Source: the human T2T-CHM13v2.0 reference genome, Homo sapiens. From it: a DNA stretch of 64,000 nt. The stretch is from NCBI RefSeq assembly GCF_009914755.1, contig NC_060929.1, one strand, 5' to 3'. A program made the position numbers and the translations under genes. Below are positions 13,402 to 26,345 of this stretch, one piece after another. Positions within the stretch are counted from its first letter, which is position 1, and each line of letters starts with the position of its first letter. The notes under the pieces were generated by a model that was not told the DNA's origin, searched no databases, and worked only from the letters and a program-made list of their open reading frames with translations.

Positions 13402-15479
13402 ACCTTGAAGAACAGAGTTTGGGAATCGTTGCTTGTAATTGCAGAGAGCAATGTAACACTCTCCATTATCCAGTCAATTAAAGAAAGGTTCAAGGCTACG
13501 ATTTAACACAAAAATTATATAAATTCTTTGGGAAAAGGTACTAGAAGTTGCTACTGTTTCCTGAACGCCCACCTGTCATTGTTGCCTTTATCAAGAATTG
13601 CTGCTGAAAACCATCCTAGAGACAGAAGCAGCAGCCATGAAAGGGGATTTTGCACTGAGCACAACCTTTAGGGCCATAAGGTCGGCTTGTAGAGGGTCTC
13701 TGCTCCTGTTTCTCAAACCACAATGCCACACTAGGAGAGGTCCACGTAACATTGGGGTTGTGTGGTGCTAGCAGGAGAGGGAGTAGTGGAGATAATGATA
13801 AGGATGATTTTATTGCTCCTTACTGAGGTGAAAGAATAACAGTTTCATAATAGGAAATCCAGTGTGGGTTAAATCCCAGCTTAAACTGGGTAAGAATTTA
13901 ATTTCTCTACAGCAACAATAACTGCCCTTGGATTTCTGCTACAGTAGTATGACCTGGATGAAATAATTTAATATTTATATAAACCAATAATAAATTTAGA
14001 AGCAGGATACAGGTTGACTCAATGGATATTCCAAGATTAGAATGTGTAAATGGAATTAGTAATCTGAGTTCAAGCTGAGAACCATCATTGGTGGAGAAGT
14101 GGAATTAGGTTTTCTGTTTGAGTCATTCCGTACCTGGATCTTTAATCCTGGGAAGTCCACTGAGGCCACAGAGTCCTGCTGGTTCATAAGAACAGTACTG
14201 ATATAAACCACAGTCTAGGTGCATGCACTTTCCCCACCTGATATCTGATATCATTGCTTAAAAAATCTTTTTAACTACCGTCCTAGTTTTTTTGTTTGTT
14301 TTGTTTTTACCTTTCCTTTCCATGCTTCTGGCTCTCCCCGCTCTACTGATGTGGTTGGGAGTTTTCTGCCCTTGCCACATTCTTTCACAGGGAAGCTCTC
14401 CCTGATTTCTGGCTACCTCGTGAGCATCCAGATGGTTCCTCTTCAGCCCTAGTAGGCAAGGAGCTGGAGAATCATGCAATATTTTGTCATTGTCTAAGAC
14501 ATCTCAATGTTGGAAACTAAGCACATGAAAACTCAACCATTTGTGAAAATCCCTATAAAAGGGCTAAAAGATAAACGTGATCAGTTTGAAAATCTGAGAG
14601 ATTACCATAGGGACTCTGTATCATATCAATGCTGTATATTGAAACAAGTCATACACAGACTGTGTTTAATTGTAGACCAATGATATTACACTGTATTGTT
14701 TTAATCTTAGAAGCCTGGTATGTTTTTTAGGTATCATGGTTAAGAAAAAATATTAGAAGGGAATGAAATTAATAGCTTCAGCTAAATGTTTTGGGAAGAC
14801 AGTGTCCTTTAGAGACAAGAGAAAGTCTACACACGTGGCTGTTCAAACTCAAAGGTTAGATGACAGATAACAGGGCATTGTCTGAAGGCTTTTGCAGTTC
14901 AGGTTCATGCTATCAAACTCTCTAAATTACACCAATATACAGCTGATAAGAAACTGTAATGGACCTTTCATTTCCTATCTGTATGGTAACTAGCACGAAC
15001 ACCATGTATGGTTATAAGATTGTTACCTATAAGACTTCATTCTGATAACTTCCTGTCAAGTGATGTGTTGCAGAAACTGTTTCCACCTTATCATCTCTTT
15101 TGCTACAAGATTTTCCATGCATAATATGACTTCAAAAAAAGTTTACATTTATTAACCCTCTGGATTATTTTAATGGAGTTTATATATCACAATATTGGTT
15201 ATTTATTTTATATATATATAAATAATAAATATGAGATATAGATCAGATCTATTTATCTATCTACCAATAAACCAGAACTTATGAAGATGGAAATAGTCCA
15301 GGAAAATTGACTTTAAGAGCATTTTATTATGTAGTAACAGTTTACACAAATTTAAATATTAAATACTGACTTCCTTCTGAAACCTACATTTCACTTTGGA
15401 GAACATTCCCAGGTATAATGACATTCATATTTCATTTTTTTTACCCTTAGCCGTCTGACTTCCTTCTAAAGGCTCCTAA

Positions 15480-16257
15480 ACCTATATGCCGGCCTGATCT
15501 TTCTCTTAGTTTCTTGACCTGAATTTCCATTTCCTTTTGAGCATTTTCATCTTGATGACAGGTCTGGAGACTTGGGTCTCTAGCTAAATATTTCTCAAAA
15601 TTATTCTTCATGTTTTCTCTTTTCTCCAAACCTCCATGTGCTGACTTTTCTGAGCTTCTTTATGGTGGCCCTATTCTCTGGGTTACTCATCCTTCAAGTC
15701 GCTTTGCCTCTTTCTTCTCCCCAGCTCTGCTTGTTCACCTCCATTCAATTAGTTTCATCATGTGCTTCTGTGACCTGTCAGTTCTTTCCCAGTGTCTTCA
15801 GCACCTGTCCCTTTTTTGCCATTTCTGCTCTCACAGTCTCCCTGGATTTTGTCATGTCTGTTTTTGGTTTCCCAATTGGAATTCACCTGTTCAATTTCAC
15901 TTTCCTTATTCATCCTATATAATGTCCATATTAATATATTGCTGAACTTGTTGAGAGAAATATTTAATTGTTCCTCTTACTTCCTGAATAAAGTCAAATG
16001 ACGATAGCCTGATACTCAAGACTCTTCAAGGTCTGGACTATGTGTACCTCTCCAGACTCAGTGACCATGATTACCTTTCCTATAACCTGCAGCTCAGCCA
16101 AAGTGGACTACTTGCATTGCCTAAGCATGCTCTGTTCCTTTCTCATCACATTCTGTATGAGAAATTTGTTTCTTCCCCAAATCTGTCCCTCATGGTCTAG
16201 CATAGCTGTCTTCTTTTCAATAAAGTTCTGACTAAGTGGCAGTGTGCATATGTTCTA
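15480..16257 (+). mobile_element. L2 relic (3' end resumes at ~16710-16800 after an LTR)
   Basis: Pyrimidine-rich L2-like body ('tacctctccagactc', 'ggactacttgcattgcctaagcatgc'). An L2 terminus 'tagatgctaaataaatgtttg' follows the LTR. Confidence 0.6.
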
Positions 16258-16708
16258 TGATGGGCAGATCTATGCAAACATACTCCCAAAGTCTGAGGAA
16301 GCTGAGAGGCTGAAGAAAAAGGCTGACAAATCCAGCTGCTTAGAAAGAAACATTTAATAAGGACTTAGGAACAGAAGCCATGTGTGTGTCTTGGGCAGTG
16401 GCAAGACAAGATGGTGGATCCCTGTGCCATTACCCCCCAGACCCATGGCTTATATACCATAGGGAAGTAACATGTAGGACAATGAAGTTGACCTCCCAAG
16501 GAAAGGCAAGAATGCTATGTGAACGTAGCATTGATGGTCAAGGTTGTTTTGACCCAAGGGCAAGATTTATGGTAAGTACATGCTCTTACGCAAAGAACAA
16601 TAGATAAACTGGAAATCTTAAAGATTCCAGTTCCTTCTTGGAACTGGGGTTAATCAGAAGTTGGCATAGTGGACTGGCAACCAAGATGGAGTTGATTTGG
16701 TCTGCACA
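16258..16708 (-). mobile_element. Solo ERV1-class LTR (MER66/MER41-like)
   Basis: ~450 bp bounded by TG...CA. The minus strand starts 'tgtgcagaccaaatcaactccatcttgg', typical of MER4-group LTRs. ATTAAA poly(A)-like signal on the minus strand. Confidence 0.8.
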
Positions 16709-17457
16709 CCATATTTTATCATTTCCATGATAAAGCCTGTATGTCATAATGAATTTTGCTTCCCTCAGTAGATGCTAAATAAATGTTTGTCAAATAAACA
16801 GAAGAAAATTTAAAAAAAACTAAGAAAATTGAATTTCATCACATTTGCATGTGGCAGCACACATTTAAGGGTAAAATCAACAATTGCCTAGTCCTTTTCA
16901 AGAACTGAGGCAGATGATTCATGTTTATACACATATCTCTGACATTGCATCTCCTGTTCTTAAGTCTTTAGGATATCTTATAGAAGATAGTCATGGGATA
17001 GAAATTGGTGGATAATGTCATCTCTTATAGTAATTTTTTCCTTTGCTATTATAAACTAAGTAAAAAGTCAGTTTTGTGTAAAATCATGCCTTGGTTCTAA
17101 TTATATCTAAATTTAATGGTTATAGTTTCCCCTTTCTGAGGGTGGCTCTAAGGATCATTACTATGCTTTGATCATTACTGGCTTTGAATGGAAGAGACTG
17201 AAAAAAAAACACTTGTTGAGGTGCATTAAAACCTTTTTGTTAGGATGGCTACATTAATTTTAGAATATTTGATTGAAAATTCCCTAAAACAATATGTAAC
17301 TCTATATGCAGGAAAAGTTTTTTAAAAAACAAGTGTGTTAGATTTTGTCACATTGTGGTCATATCCTGAAATATCCTGAAACTTATCATAAGTCAGTGTA
17401 AGTCAATCATTAAAAATAAATTGACCAGTTTTCAGTTTAATAATTATTTTCTCAGCC

Positions 17458-17610
17458 CCCTTCTTGGGCAAGTCATATTACCTACTTGAGCCAGACTCTT
17501 CTATCTATTGAGATAGTAGCAATAACTATCTCCCAGGTTTGTTGTGAAAATAAAGTGATACCATGAGTATAACACAATTTTTAAATTATAAAGTGATATA
17601 AACATTATTA
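17458..17610 (+). mobile_element. MIR relic
   Basis: 'cttgggcaagtcatattacctacttgagcc...tcccaggtttgttgtgaaaataaagtga'. Confidence 0.65.
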
Positions 17611-19299
17611 TGTACATATACATGTATAAAAATAATTTATTACTAACACACATGCTTGTAGGTATCCTGTAAACTCTTTTGTCTTATACTCCAAAGGGCT
17701 CAGTCCACTGGCCTTGGACCCTTAGAAGGACTGTTAATGGCTCATATAGCCACATGTGTAACAAACATTTCCCTTTAGAACAAACAACTAGTATATTGTA
17801 AATGCAGTTGAAGTGCTGATTTTCAAATGTTTGCATAAGCACTTGTGGTTACAAACCATACATTCTGCTAAACTTTTTACTGGATTAGAGTTTTCTTATC
17901 ATCATGCTCTTTTCCAGTCAATGAATTATGTACTATGAAGGTGTGTGTCTATTATCTTGTGGGCAGAGAGCCTTCAAAATTTTTGCCATTAAAATGGGGT
18001 TCTGGTACTTGAAGCACTTGGGAAAAACAGTTACACTGTTTGGAAATCCAAAAGAAACTACTCTTTAGTGTTGGAAAAAAATTATGAGCTATTTACATAC
18101 AGTAGATTGATAAATATGCTATTTTTTTCTTATGAAACATCTATAAAGCAAGCATTTAATTTCATAATGGTCTATATGTGACTTCTAAAGTCAAGCTGAA
18201 ATAATTCATTTCTCTAAAAATCTTACAGAGTACATATACAAATCAGGGGAAAAAATGCAATTAAAATCTCAGCCTCTATTAAGTTACTTGAGAAATAAAT
18301 GTTGGCTAAGGCACTGGCGTGGTATAAGAAGCTGCTGGTCTGCACATGCAAGGCAAATAATTATTATATTAAAAATTACAGTTTTTAAAACATTTGTTTC
18401 TCATCTGGCATCAAATAAAGTTTAATTGCAAGTTGTTTTATGTCATTTTCTCTTGGGGATGTGTTTTCAAAAAGATACGCAGGAGGTTCATATGTACACA
18501 CATCTCATTATTTCTCAGTAGGATTCATGTTTGTGCCACCTACTCATGATTGGAAATGCATACTCTAATGTCTTCAATTTAGGCTTGTACTGAGCTTTTA
18601 TAACAATATAATTCTTCTTTTGCTACATAGTTCTGTAGGCCGTTTCACAATGAGATTCCAAATTGCCAAAAAAGCAAATCAGCCAACCAAAAGCCCTTAA
18701 TGACTCTCAACAATTTCTTTGACATATTTAAGCAAAATATTCTGTTCCCTTTAACAAAAAGGCACAAAATTTTGGGTTTGGGTTCGAATTATATTTGGCT
18801 GGCAACTGCTTATAAAATTGAGCAGCAGATACTGTAAGAAAACAGATTATATGTGGATTCTATTTCTTTCCTGGACAGGCTGTGTTGTAAATATTTGCTT
18901 TTACCATCAGCGTAAGAGAGGAAAGCATTCTCCTCTCTCCACAGTTTAGAAATGGCTTTAGAGAAATTGTATAACAATCATACAGGAAGCCCCTCAAAAT
19001 AATGCTTTTGATTTCCTTGATTATTGTTATGAAAAATCTTGAAAAATTTGGTGTTAAAATAATCTTGTTTAGACATTTTCTTAATGTGTTGAAAAAAAGA
19101 AGAAATCAGCTCTGTTACAGATCCAAGAGGCTGCAGGTCTCTGAATTTATTTAACGGCGATCTTAAATAAGAGCAAAGAGTATTTGAAAATATGTGTAAT
19201 GCCATGATTCCAAAAGAAGAAAATGGGGTTTTTTGAATTGCAGACAGGGGCAGCAACATTGAATCATATTTCCTGGGATTTTCTGATTACAGTGAAAAC

Positions 19300-19790
19300 A
19301 TGTCAGTGGCTTCCTGTTGCTCTTGGGGTTTGTCCTCAACAGAGCTTACAAGGCCCAGGAAGATCTGGTCTCTTCTCAGCTCCTCCGACTCATCTCTGAG
19401 GGCACTCTGCGTACTCCTTACCCCCACCCACACAGGCTTCCTTTCAGCTCCTCCTATCTGCCTGAGCTGCCTTCCAATGTAAGACTGTTGCACAGGTTGT
19501 TTCCTCTACTTGGAAGGCTTTGTGTGCCTTCTTCTCTACTACTCAGCCTCCTCCTTCCTCTATTAAACCCTCACTTATCTTCCTACCTGAGTCAGTCCCC
19601 CACAATACCCTCTGCATATCACCAGGTGTCTCTTTTGTAGCACTTGCCACAGTTATCATATTTAGTTGTTATAGGTCTTTTCTAAGGCACTGTGAGTTCA
19701 TGAGGCTGAGAACTCATCTGTTTAGTTCACCATGGTAATATACCAACAGTGTGCCTGGTACAGAATAAGCACCCAAATATTTACTAAATC
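19300..19790 (+). mobile_element. L2 3' region
   Basis: 'cagtggcttcctgttgc...ttgcacaggttgtttcctctacttggaa...ctgtgagttcatgagg...gtgcctggtacagaataagcacccaaatattt'. Confidence 0.8.
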
Positions 19791-22700
19791 ACTAAAAAAA
19801 GGACTCCTACTCTATCATTCTCTATTCCAGACCCCAGTAAATTTAACAGAACAAACTTCATTTTCTGGCCAACATTTCCGTTCCTTACAACGCAGACTAC
19901 ATCATCTTATTGCTGAATATGTACTAGCCATTGTATTTGTCTACCCAGGTCATATGGGAACAATATATTGCTGATTTTTAATGTCCTATGACATGCTTTG
20001 TCTATGAAAGGTGGCATACAAAAATCAAATCTTTTTCTATTCTACTTCAACATTCCATTTTGTATAAAGTAATCATAAACAACCCCCTCTGAAGGCCACT
20101 TTCCCTCAAGGTAATCTGGCAAACAGTGATTCTATAGCAACAACAGGAAAGCACTGCATCATTTTATGAGCCTTGCCTTTATTTCTCCAGGCACTGATAC
20201 TGTGCTAAATCCTTGCTGCCTCAAGGGGCTGTCTGCTAGCTAGAAACCAGTGACTATAACCTGATGCTGTACAAATGCTATCAGAAAAGTCCTGTCAATC
20301 CACTTCTTCTAAGTACTTACCTTGGTTAGTTAGCAAAGGCCATCAATTTAAAATAAATAAATAAAGTGAGCCAAAGGCCTAATGCAATGATCTAATCAAG
20401 CAAAAAGCGATTACCTAAGTAATCATTTAGGAAAGGGCTTAGTTGGTTCTGGCTTAGAATGAACTCACATTTCCACATGTCACTCTGTCAGCCTTCCTTA
20501 TTATTGTCACTGCTGTTATCAGCATAGCCCATGCATTTCTATCTTATCTCTTACCTCTTTCTCCCTGTCCTTATCCATTTGGAACCACTACCTAGGAGCT
20601 CTTGGCCCTAGAGTGGACTGAGTGACTGCTTTTCTGAAACCAGCTGGATACAATCAAGGGACGGAACAGGAGCCCTTTGCTTTTCTCACTGTGGAGAAGC
20701 CTCTTGGAAACTTCTCAGCTCCCAATGCCCAGGTTATTGTAAATTCCTTTGTTGTCAAAGGAGCCAGTCACAGACACAGAGACAAAATTGCCTGTCAAAA
20801 TATTTGCAAAAACAAATGCAGGTTATAGATTTTATTACTAGCTAAACCTTAACATCTTTAATTAGATATTCCAAACAATGGAACCCTTCCCATACCATAA
20901 AGTGAAGTAAAATGGGCCATCATTACATCACATTGAAGTTTAGAAGTAAGCAGTTCTTTTATTGTCTGATCTAGTTTTCATATTTCCTTGCTTCTGTGTT
21001 TACAGAAAATGGAAAGAAAGCTGTTTGTATGTTTAGAAAATTTCAAGATGGCCACTGTCATCTAAATTAGAATTTTTGGCTCATTTCTAGTTTGCATAGA
21101 GCCCTGGCCCTTTCTTTAATAACAATAATAACAAATGCAAACCTAAAACAGTTTTGGTCTTGAGTTTGCATTCCATCCATCTTCTTTGAAATGTTGAAAC
21201 ATCTGGTTTTAAGAAAAAAAATTAACTTCAAAATGTTTGGAGAGAAAAAGGCAGCCCACAAAATAAATCAGGGTCAAGTGTTGTTATTTCACGGGTAATT
21301 ATAAAGCAGTCCAATTTATTAGTAAATCTTGCATCATGCTTACTTATAGCCACAGCAATTGTAATTGTTCTTAGGCTCTCATTGGAAAGTGGGTAAGTAA
21401 CATGGTTTAGGAAAATATGGGACCAACTATCATGGCAAAAAATATCATGTGGTCTTGTCATACCTTGCTTTCCTAAGTTTTCCATTTTGCAAGTAATTTT
21501 TTGTCTTTCTTTAGTTTATTTTCCCCAGTTAATTCATGAATTTTTACCAACAGTTACTTGGAAACAAAAAGACGCCCACAATAAATTATTGAAAAGAAAA
21601 TGCTTGCTAGTTTAATTGAAGAGCAGATGGTTGGCTCAAAGGGTCTTCTTACTGTGTTTCAATAGCACAGCAAGGAAGAGGGGGACAGGTTGCAGTGGCC
21701 CTATTAAGCTAACACAAACAACTTGGACGAGGGAGAGCCTCAGCATTTTGAGAAAGCCAGCTTCTTTGAGACTTTATTTATAGTTCAAGAAGACTCCTCA
21801 GCCTCTCTTTTCAAGCAAATGGGCTGAAAGGGATCGTTAAACTAGTCTGCAAGAGAACATAAACCCTTCATGAAAACCGGGGGTGCAAACCTTTCAGACA
21901 AGGCAATACGAGGATTTAAAGCAATCAGCTTCACTTTTCTCTAAGGTCATTATGAATTCATATAGTCTTACATTGTAAGGGAAATGTTCACTTATTTACC
22001 AACTGCTGAATGTTTGGTTGCCTCTCCAAAGAACCTGCAATCTTGTTTTTACAGTCAATGAAACAGATCCATCTTCTAGCCCTGTAAGTTAGTGTTTTCT
22101 TCTCCTGTTTTCACCAGTTTACACAGATTAAGTACTAAAGACTGATGGTTAAATAGAAAAGCATTGGCCTAATTGTGAAATCCAGCAATTAGATTAGGAA
22201 ACTATATTTAATGGTTTTCTCTTTGGGAAATTTGTGCATATAAATAAACTGTTTAATCTTTTCCTTTCTGTCAAATAAATTAGATACAGCATCAAATACA
22301 GTTTATTTCCGCTATAACTTAAAAAGTGAAATTTAGGCAGTATCTATGCAATACCACATATCTGAGTGGGAATTAGGACATTTGGTAAAATACTGAAATC
22401 AAACCACACTTGGGTGCATTGTCCAACTTTAAATGTCTGTTTATATTAGAATCAATTATCTGGAAAATTACTAAAAAATTTAGAAGTGAATAAAATCTGG
22501 AAAGATAACCACAACATCTTTAAATTAAAGATGCTTATAGTTTTACTTATGAGTGTGGTTCCTGATTGTCAACCGGAGCCTACACATTCTTATTTCACTT
22601 ACAGTTCTAACAAACTTTGCTATCTCAGTTTCTACATTGCAATAATTTATACATTGTGCTTAGAAGAGAAAATGTTTCTGAGACAGGAACATTGATAACA

Positions 22701-22819
22701 AAATCATGAAAAGAAGTGGTAGTTGGCAACAAGAAAAATGGCAGAAAAGTTCTGAAAAAACTCCAAAAGATTATAGCTTGGATCTGTTTAATGTGGGATC
22801 AAAGCCTAAACATCCTACA

Positions 22820-23015
22820 GCTGTTGTTTCTCAAGCTTCCCTGGTAATAAGAATCACCTGGGGCGGGTGGGGTGGTGGTGGTCGGGGGGGCGCTTGTTAA
22901 AGACTTTTCTAGTTCTTCTCTTGGAGGATTTGATTCAGTGTGTCTGCTTAGGACCCAGAAATCTGTACTATAACAAGTAATACAGGCCGTCCTTAGCAAT
23001 GTTTGGGAAACACCG
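22820..23015. mobile_element. MER5A-like hAT-Charlie non-autonomous DNA transposon
   Basis: Degenerate terminal inverted repeats ('tgtttctcaagc' ... 'gtttgggaaacacc') with internal 'agaatcacctggg', 'gattcagt' and 'cccagaaatctg'. Confidence 0.75.
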
Positions 23016-23739
23016 CTTCATGAGTAGAAGGGCTTATAAAGACATCAATAATTGATGTACAGATGATATTTTAAGACATTCAGAAGAGGCTAAGTCATGT
23101 ATGTCATTTTCTGTGGAAGATGAAAAGAGTGGTTTAACTGCATTATTTAAATATTCTTACCAACAATGGGGTGTTTAAGGGGGCAAATTTCAGTAGGTGT
23201 AAGATTTACTTCTCTGTTACTCATCATTCCTTGACAAATTTTCTGTCGGGACTTAGTAGTGTGTAGAGAGCCATATTTAATGAAGAGAAAAGGTTGGGAT
23301 TGTGAATGACATAATTTGTCATTAAACTTTTATAATTTGTGTTAAACTTGAGCTTCTCAAAGATAGCATTTTTCATCATTAACATAACATCATCAAGCCG
23401 AGAGCAAGTGCCTCTAGATAACATGTTGTATTTATTATTTTAGGTTTTACTATTATATTAGATTCCCGCAGGTATTCAGACTAGCTATATATGACTCAGT
23501 GAATTCATAATCTAGAAGAATTTACAATTGCATTTTAATCCAGAGTTTAAAAAGTTACTGATAACATCAACATATGTGAAATAGCAAATGTTATTGAGTT
23601 AAATTATTTTCTCAGGGTGAAATGGATTGAGCCATGTCTATCATAACATTCTGGAAGAGGTAGAATTTCGGGTTAAAATGATACTTTTTTTGTATGGCTG
23701 TGGAATTACTAAAGACAACTTTCAGAATTTATTCCCTGC

Positions 23740-26345
23740 CTTCAGTGAAGATTTTATCATCTGATCTCTCAATCCCAAATCCTGCCATCCTTCTTGGGTG
23801 CTTCAATATCCACTTGGATGACCTGTCTAGCCAACGACTTAGGCTTTCAATTTCTTATTTTTGATGTCAATGATGTGACCTTTGTATTTAAGCCACTTCA
23901 GCTATCCTATCCCATCGTTGCATGTTGGGTCTTCTTATAAGCCCAAACTTCTTTTGAAGTATTGACTTCATCCATCTCACTCCATGTGTTTTATATACCT
24001 CCATTCTCCAATTTACTTTTTTCTGCCGTACAGTTTCTGGAATATGTGGGAACTTCTGATCCTTTGTCTCTTCCACTTACCCCAGAAAATCTGCTTTCAT
24101 CTTCACACCCTTCCCAAACCAAATTAGGTGCTCTCTCAATATCCCTAAACTGTGTTGCCTTCTTGCTTTTCAATTGTACCTTTTCTGAAAAGCCTCAATG
24201 CTGTGTAACTCAAACTAGATTAATCTTAGATCAGTACAGTTCCACAACTTTTGAAAATCAAACAAACTCAAAGACAGGCACTACTTTAGATTCAGGGTTT
24301 CCCTAATCAACTTGTCCCTCAACAGGGCCAAGCAACACTTCTAGGAATCATGAGTTGGTTCCCTTTATTGCTTTCCGGGGTGACACTTCCAACACATCTG
24401 TATGTTCCTTGAAACTCTGATCTTCCCTTCTCCCCTGTTCTCAACAGATAATCTTGTCTCTGACTTCAAAGTGAAAATGTAATCCATCATAAAGAAACTC
24501 TGTCAACTTTATGCTACCTTTCAACTGTGATAGTACTTCCTTCTGCCTATTATTAATCCCTCTGTCTGTGTCTGGAGCATTCTTTTTCTTGTTAAGGATT
24601 TCGTCTCCCTCTTTTTACTTCAGTCTCTCCTTATTGGTTAGTATTCGTAGTTCAAATGTTTCTCATGTTTTAAAAAAAAAACTATATACAAACCTTCTCT
24701 CCCCCTCAGAGCCCCTCCACCTTAACGTATATCTCTTTTCTGATTCACAGTTAATGTTATTTAATGAGTTGTATACACCATTGCCTTTATATTTCACCTC
24801 TACTTGTACTTGAACCTCAATAACCTGGCTCTGTTTCTAGGACTCTGCTGAATTTGTTCACACCACGTTCACAGATCTATGTCTTTGTTATTAAACATAA
24901 TGAACAGTTCTTAATCTACATTTTACTTGGTTTTTCTGGAACATTGGACATTATGGACCATAAATTCCTTTGAAACATTCTCTTTTCTGGCTTTTGAAAC
25001 TTCATATTTTTCTTGCTTTTCTATGACTTCTCTTTACCTCTTTTGAAGACTCTTTTAAGTACCAGCTAAATTTGGGTTTCCTCCAGTTTTAGTCATTGGT
25101 CCTTTACTTTTCTCACTTAATACACTCATTTAATACTGCTGTTTCTATAGCATCTATATTAAGGTGACACTCAACTCACATCTTCAATCTCTATCCCTCT
25201 GTTGAACTTCAGTCCTATATAGCCAGTTTCCTTCTGTGCACGACATACTTGGGAATATGACATACTTACTGTCAGAATTCTCAATCAAACCACAATCATC
25301 CCTCACTAGGATCACTGAAACAGTCTTTTAATGGCCTCTCAGCCTCTAGACTCATCCACAATTCAGTCAAGATAGTATTTTTAAGTGCAAAGTTGATCTC
25401 TAATTTCTGTTGGAATACTTCCAGAGGCTTCCCACTGCTCTCAAGGTAGTGGACTATGGCTTACAAAATCCTCCACTATCTCAACCCAATCCAGCCTTGT
25501 TGCTCAGCATTTTTTCATGAGTTCCATGCTTTAGATATATTAGACGTATTTACTTTTCTTGATTGAGCTAGGTCATAAAACACTTCTAGGTCATTATATA
25601 CTGTATTTTCTTGGCCTGGGTATTTTCCTGTCTTTACTTTTTATGTTAGTTCATGCTTGTATTGCTATAAAGGAATACCTGAGGCTTGGTAATTTATAAA
25701 GAAAAGAGGTTTAATTGGATGATGGTTCTGCAGCTTGTACAAGCATGGCTCTAGCATCTGCCTCTGGTGAGAGCCTCAGGAAATTTACTCTCATGACAGA
25801 AGGCAAAGAGGGAGCCAGTGCATCACATAGTGAGAGAGGGAACAAGGGAGAGGGAGCAAGAGAGAGGGCAGGGAGGTGCCATACACTCTTAAACAATCAG
25901 ATCTCATGAGAACTCAGAGCAAGAACTCACTCATCACCAAGGGGATGGCACTAAGATCCTCTTGGGATCCATCCCCGTGATTCAAACACCTCTAAGCAGG
26001 ACCCACCTCCAACACTGGGGATTACATTTCATCATACGATTTGGACAGGACAAACATTTAAGCAATATTAACTTCCAGCTCCACCCTTGAGGTCTTAGCT
26101 TAGGTGTCTCTTCCTCCAGAAAGTCTTCCTGATCACTCATCTTGGGTGAGGTGATTATGTTACGTGCTCACATAGCAATTTAAAGTTCCCCTCTCTTAGT
26201 ACTTACCATGCTCATTTGTACTCCCCATGAAACCAAAGGCTTCTTGAGAAAAGGGACTGTGTACCTTTGCCACAGTTGTTCTCCAACACAGCATAGTCTC
26301 TGGGACAAAATAGGTACTCAGTTAATAATAAATCAGTGAATGAAT
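23740..26345 (+). mobile_element. Long L2 element (endonuclease remnant to 3' end), split by an MST LTR
   Basis: 'cttcttgggtgcttcaatatccacttggatgac' resembles the L2/CR1 endonuclease LGDFNIH motif with a frameshift. 3' terminus 'taggtactcagttaataataaatcagtgaatgaat'. Confidence 0.8.
25642..26070 (-). mobile_element. MSTA/MSTB-type MaLR solo LTR
   Basis: 'ttgctataaaggaatacctgaggcttggtaatttataaagaaaagaggtttaattgg...cccacctccaacactggggattacatttc'. Confidence 0.92.

Noticed and set aside
17150-17381. Small tandem duplications (gatcattact x2; atatcctgaa x2; also 5528-5552 and 32821-32858)
   Set aside because: Ordinary replication-slippage duplications with no evident function.
22055-22083. Micro-exon candidates (also 14711-14717, 40097-40152, 45752-45763)
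   Set aside because: AG...GT pairs with one weak site are common in AT-rich DNA, and they form no consistent frame chain.
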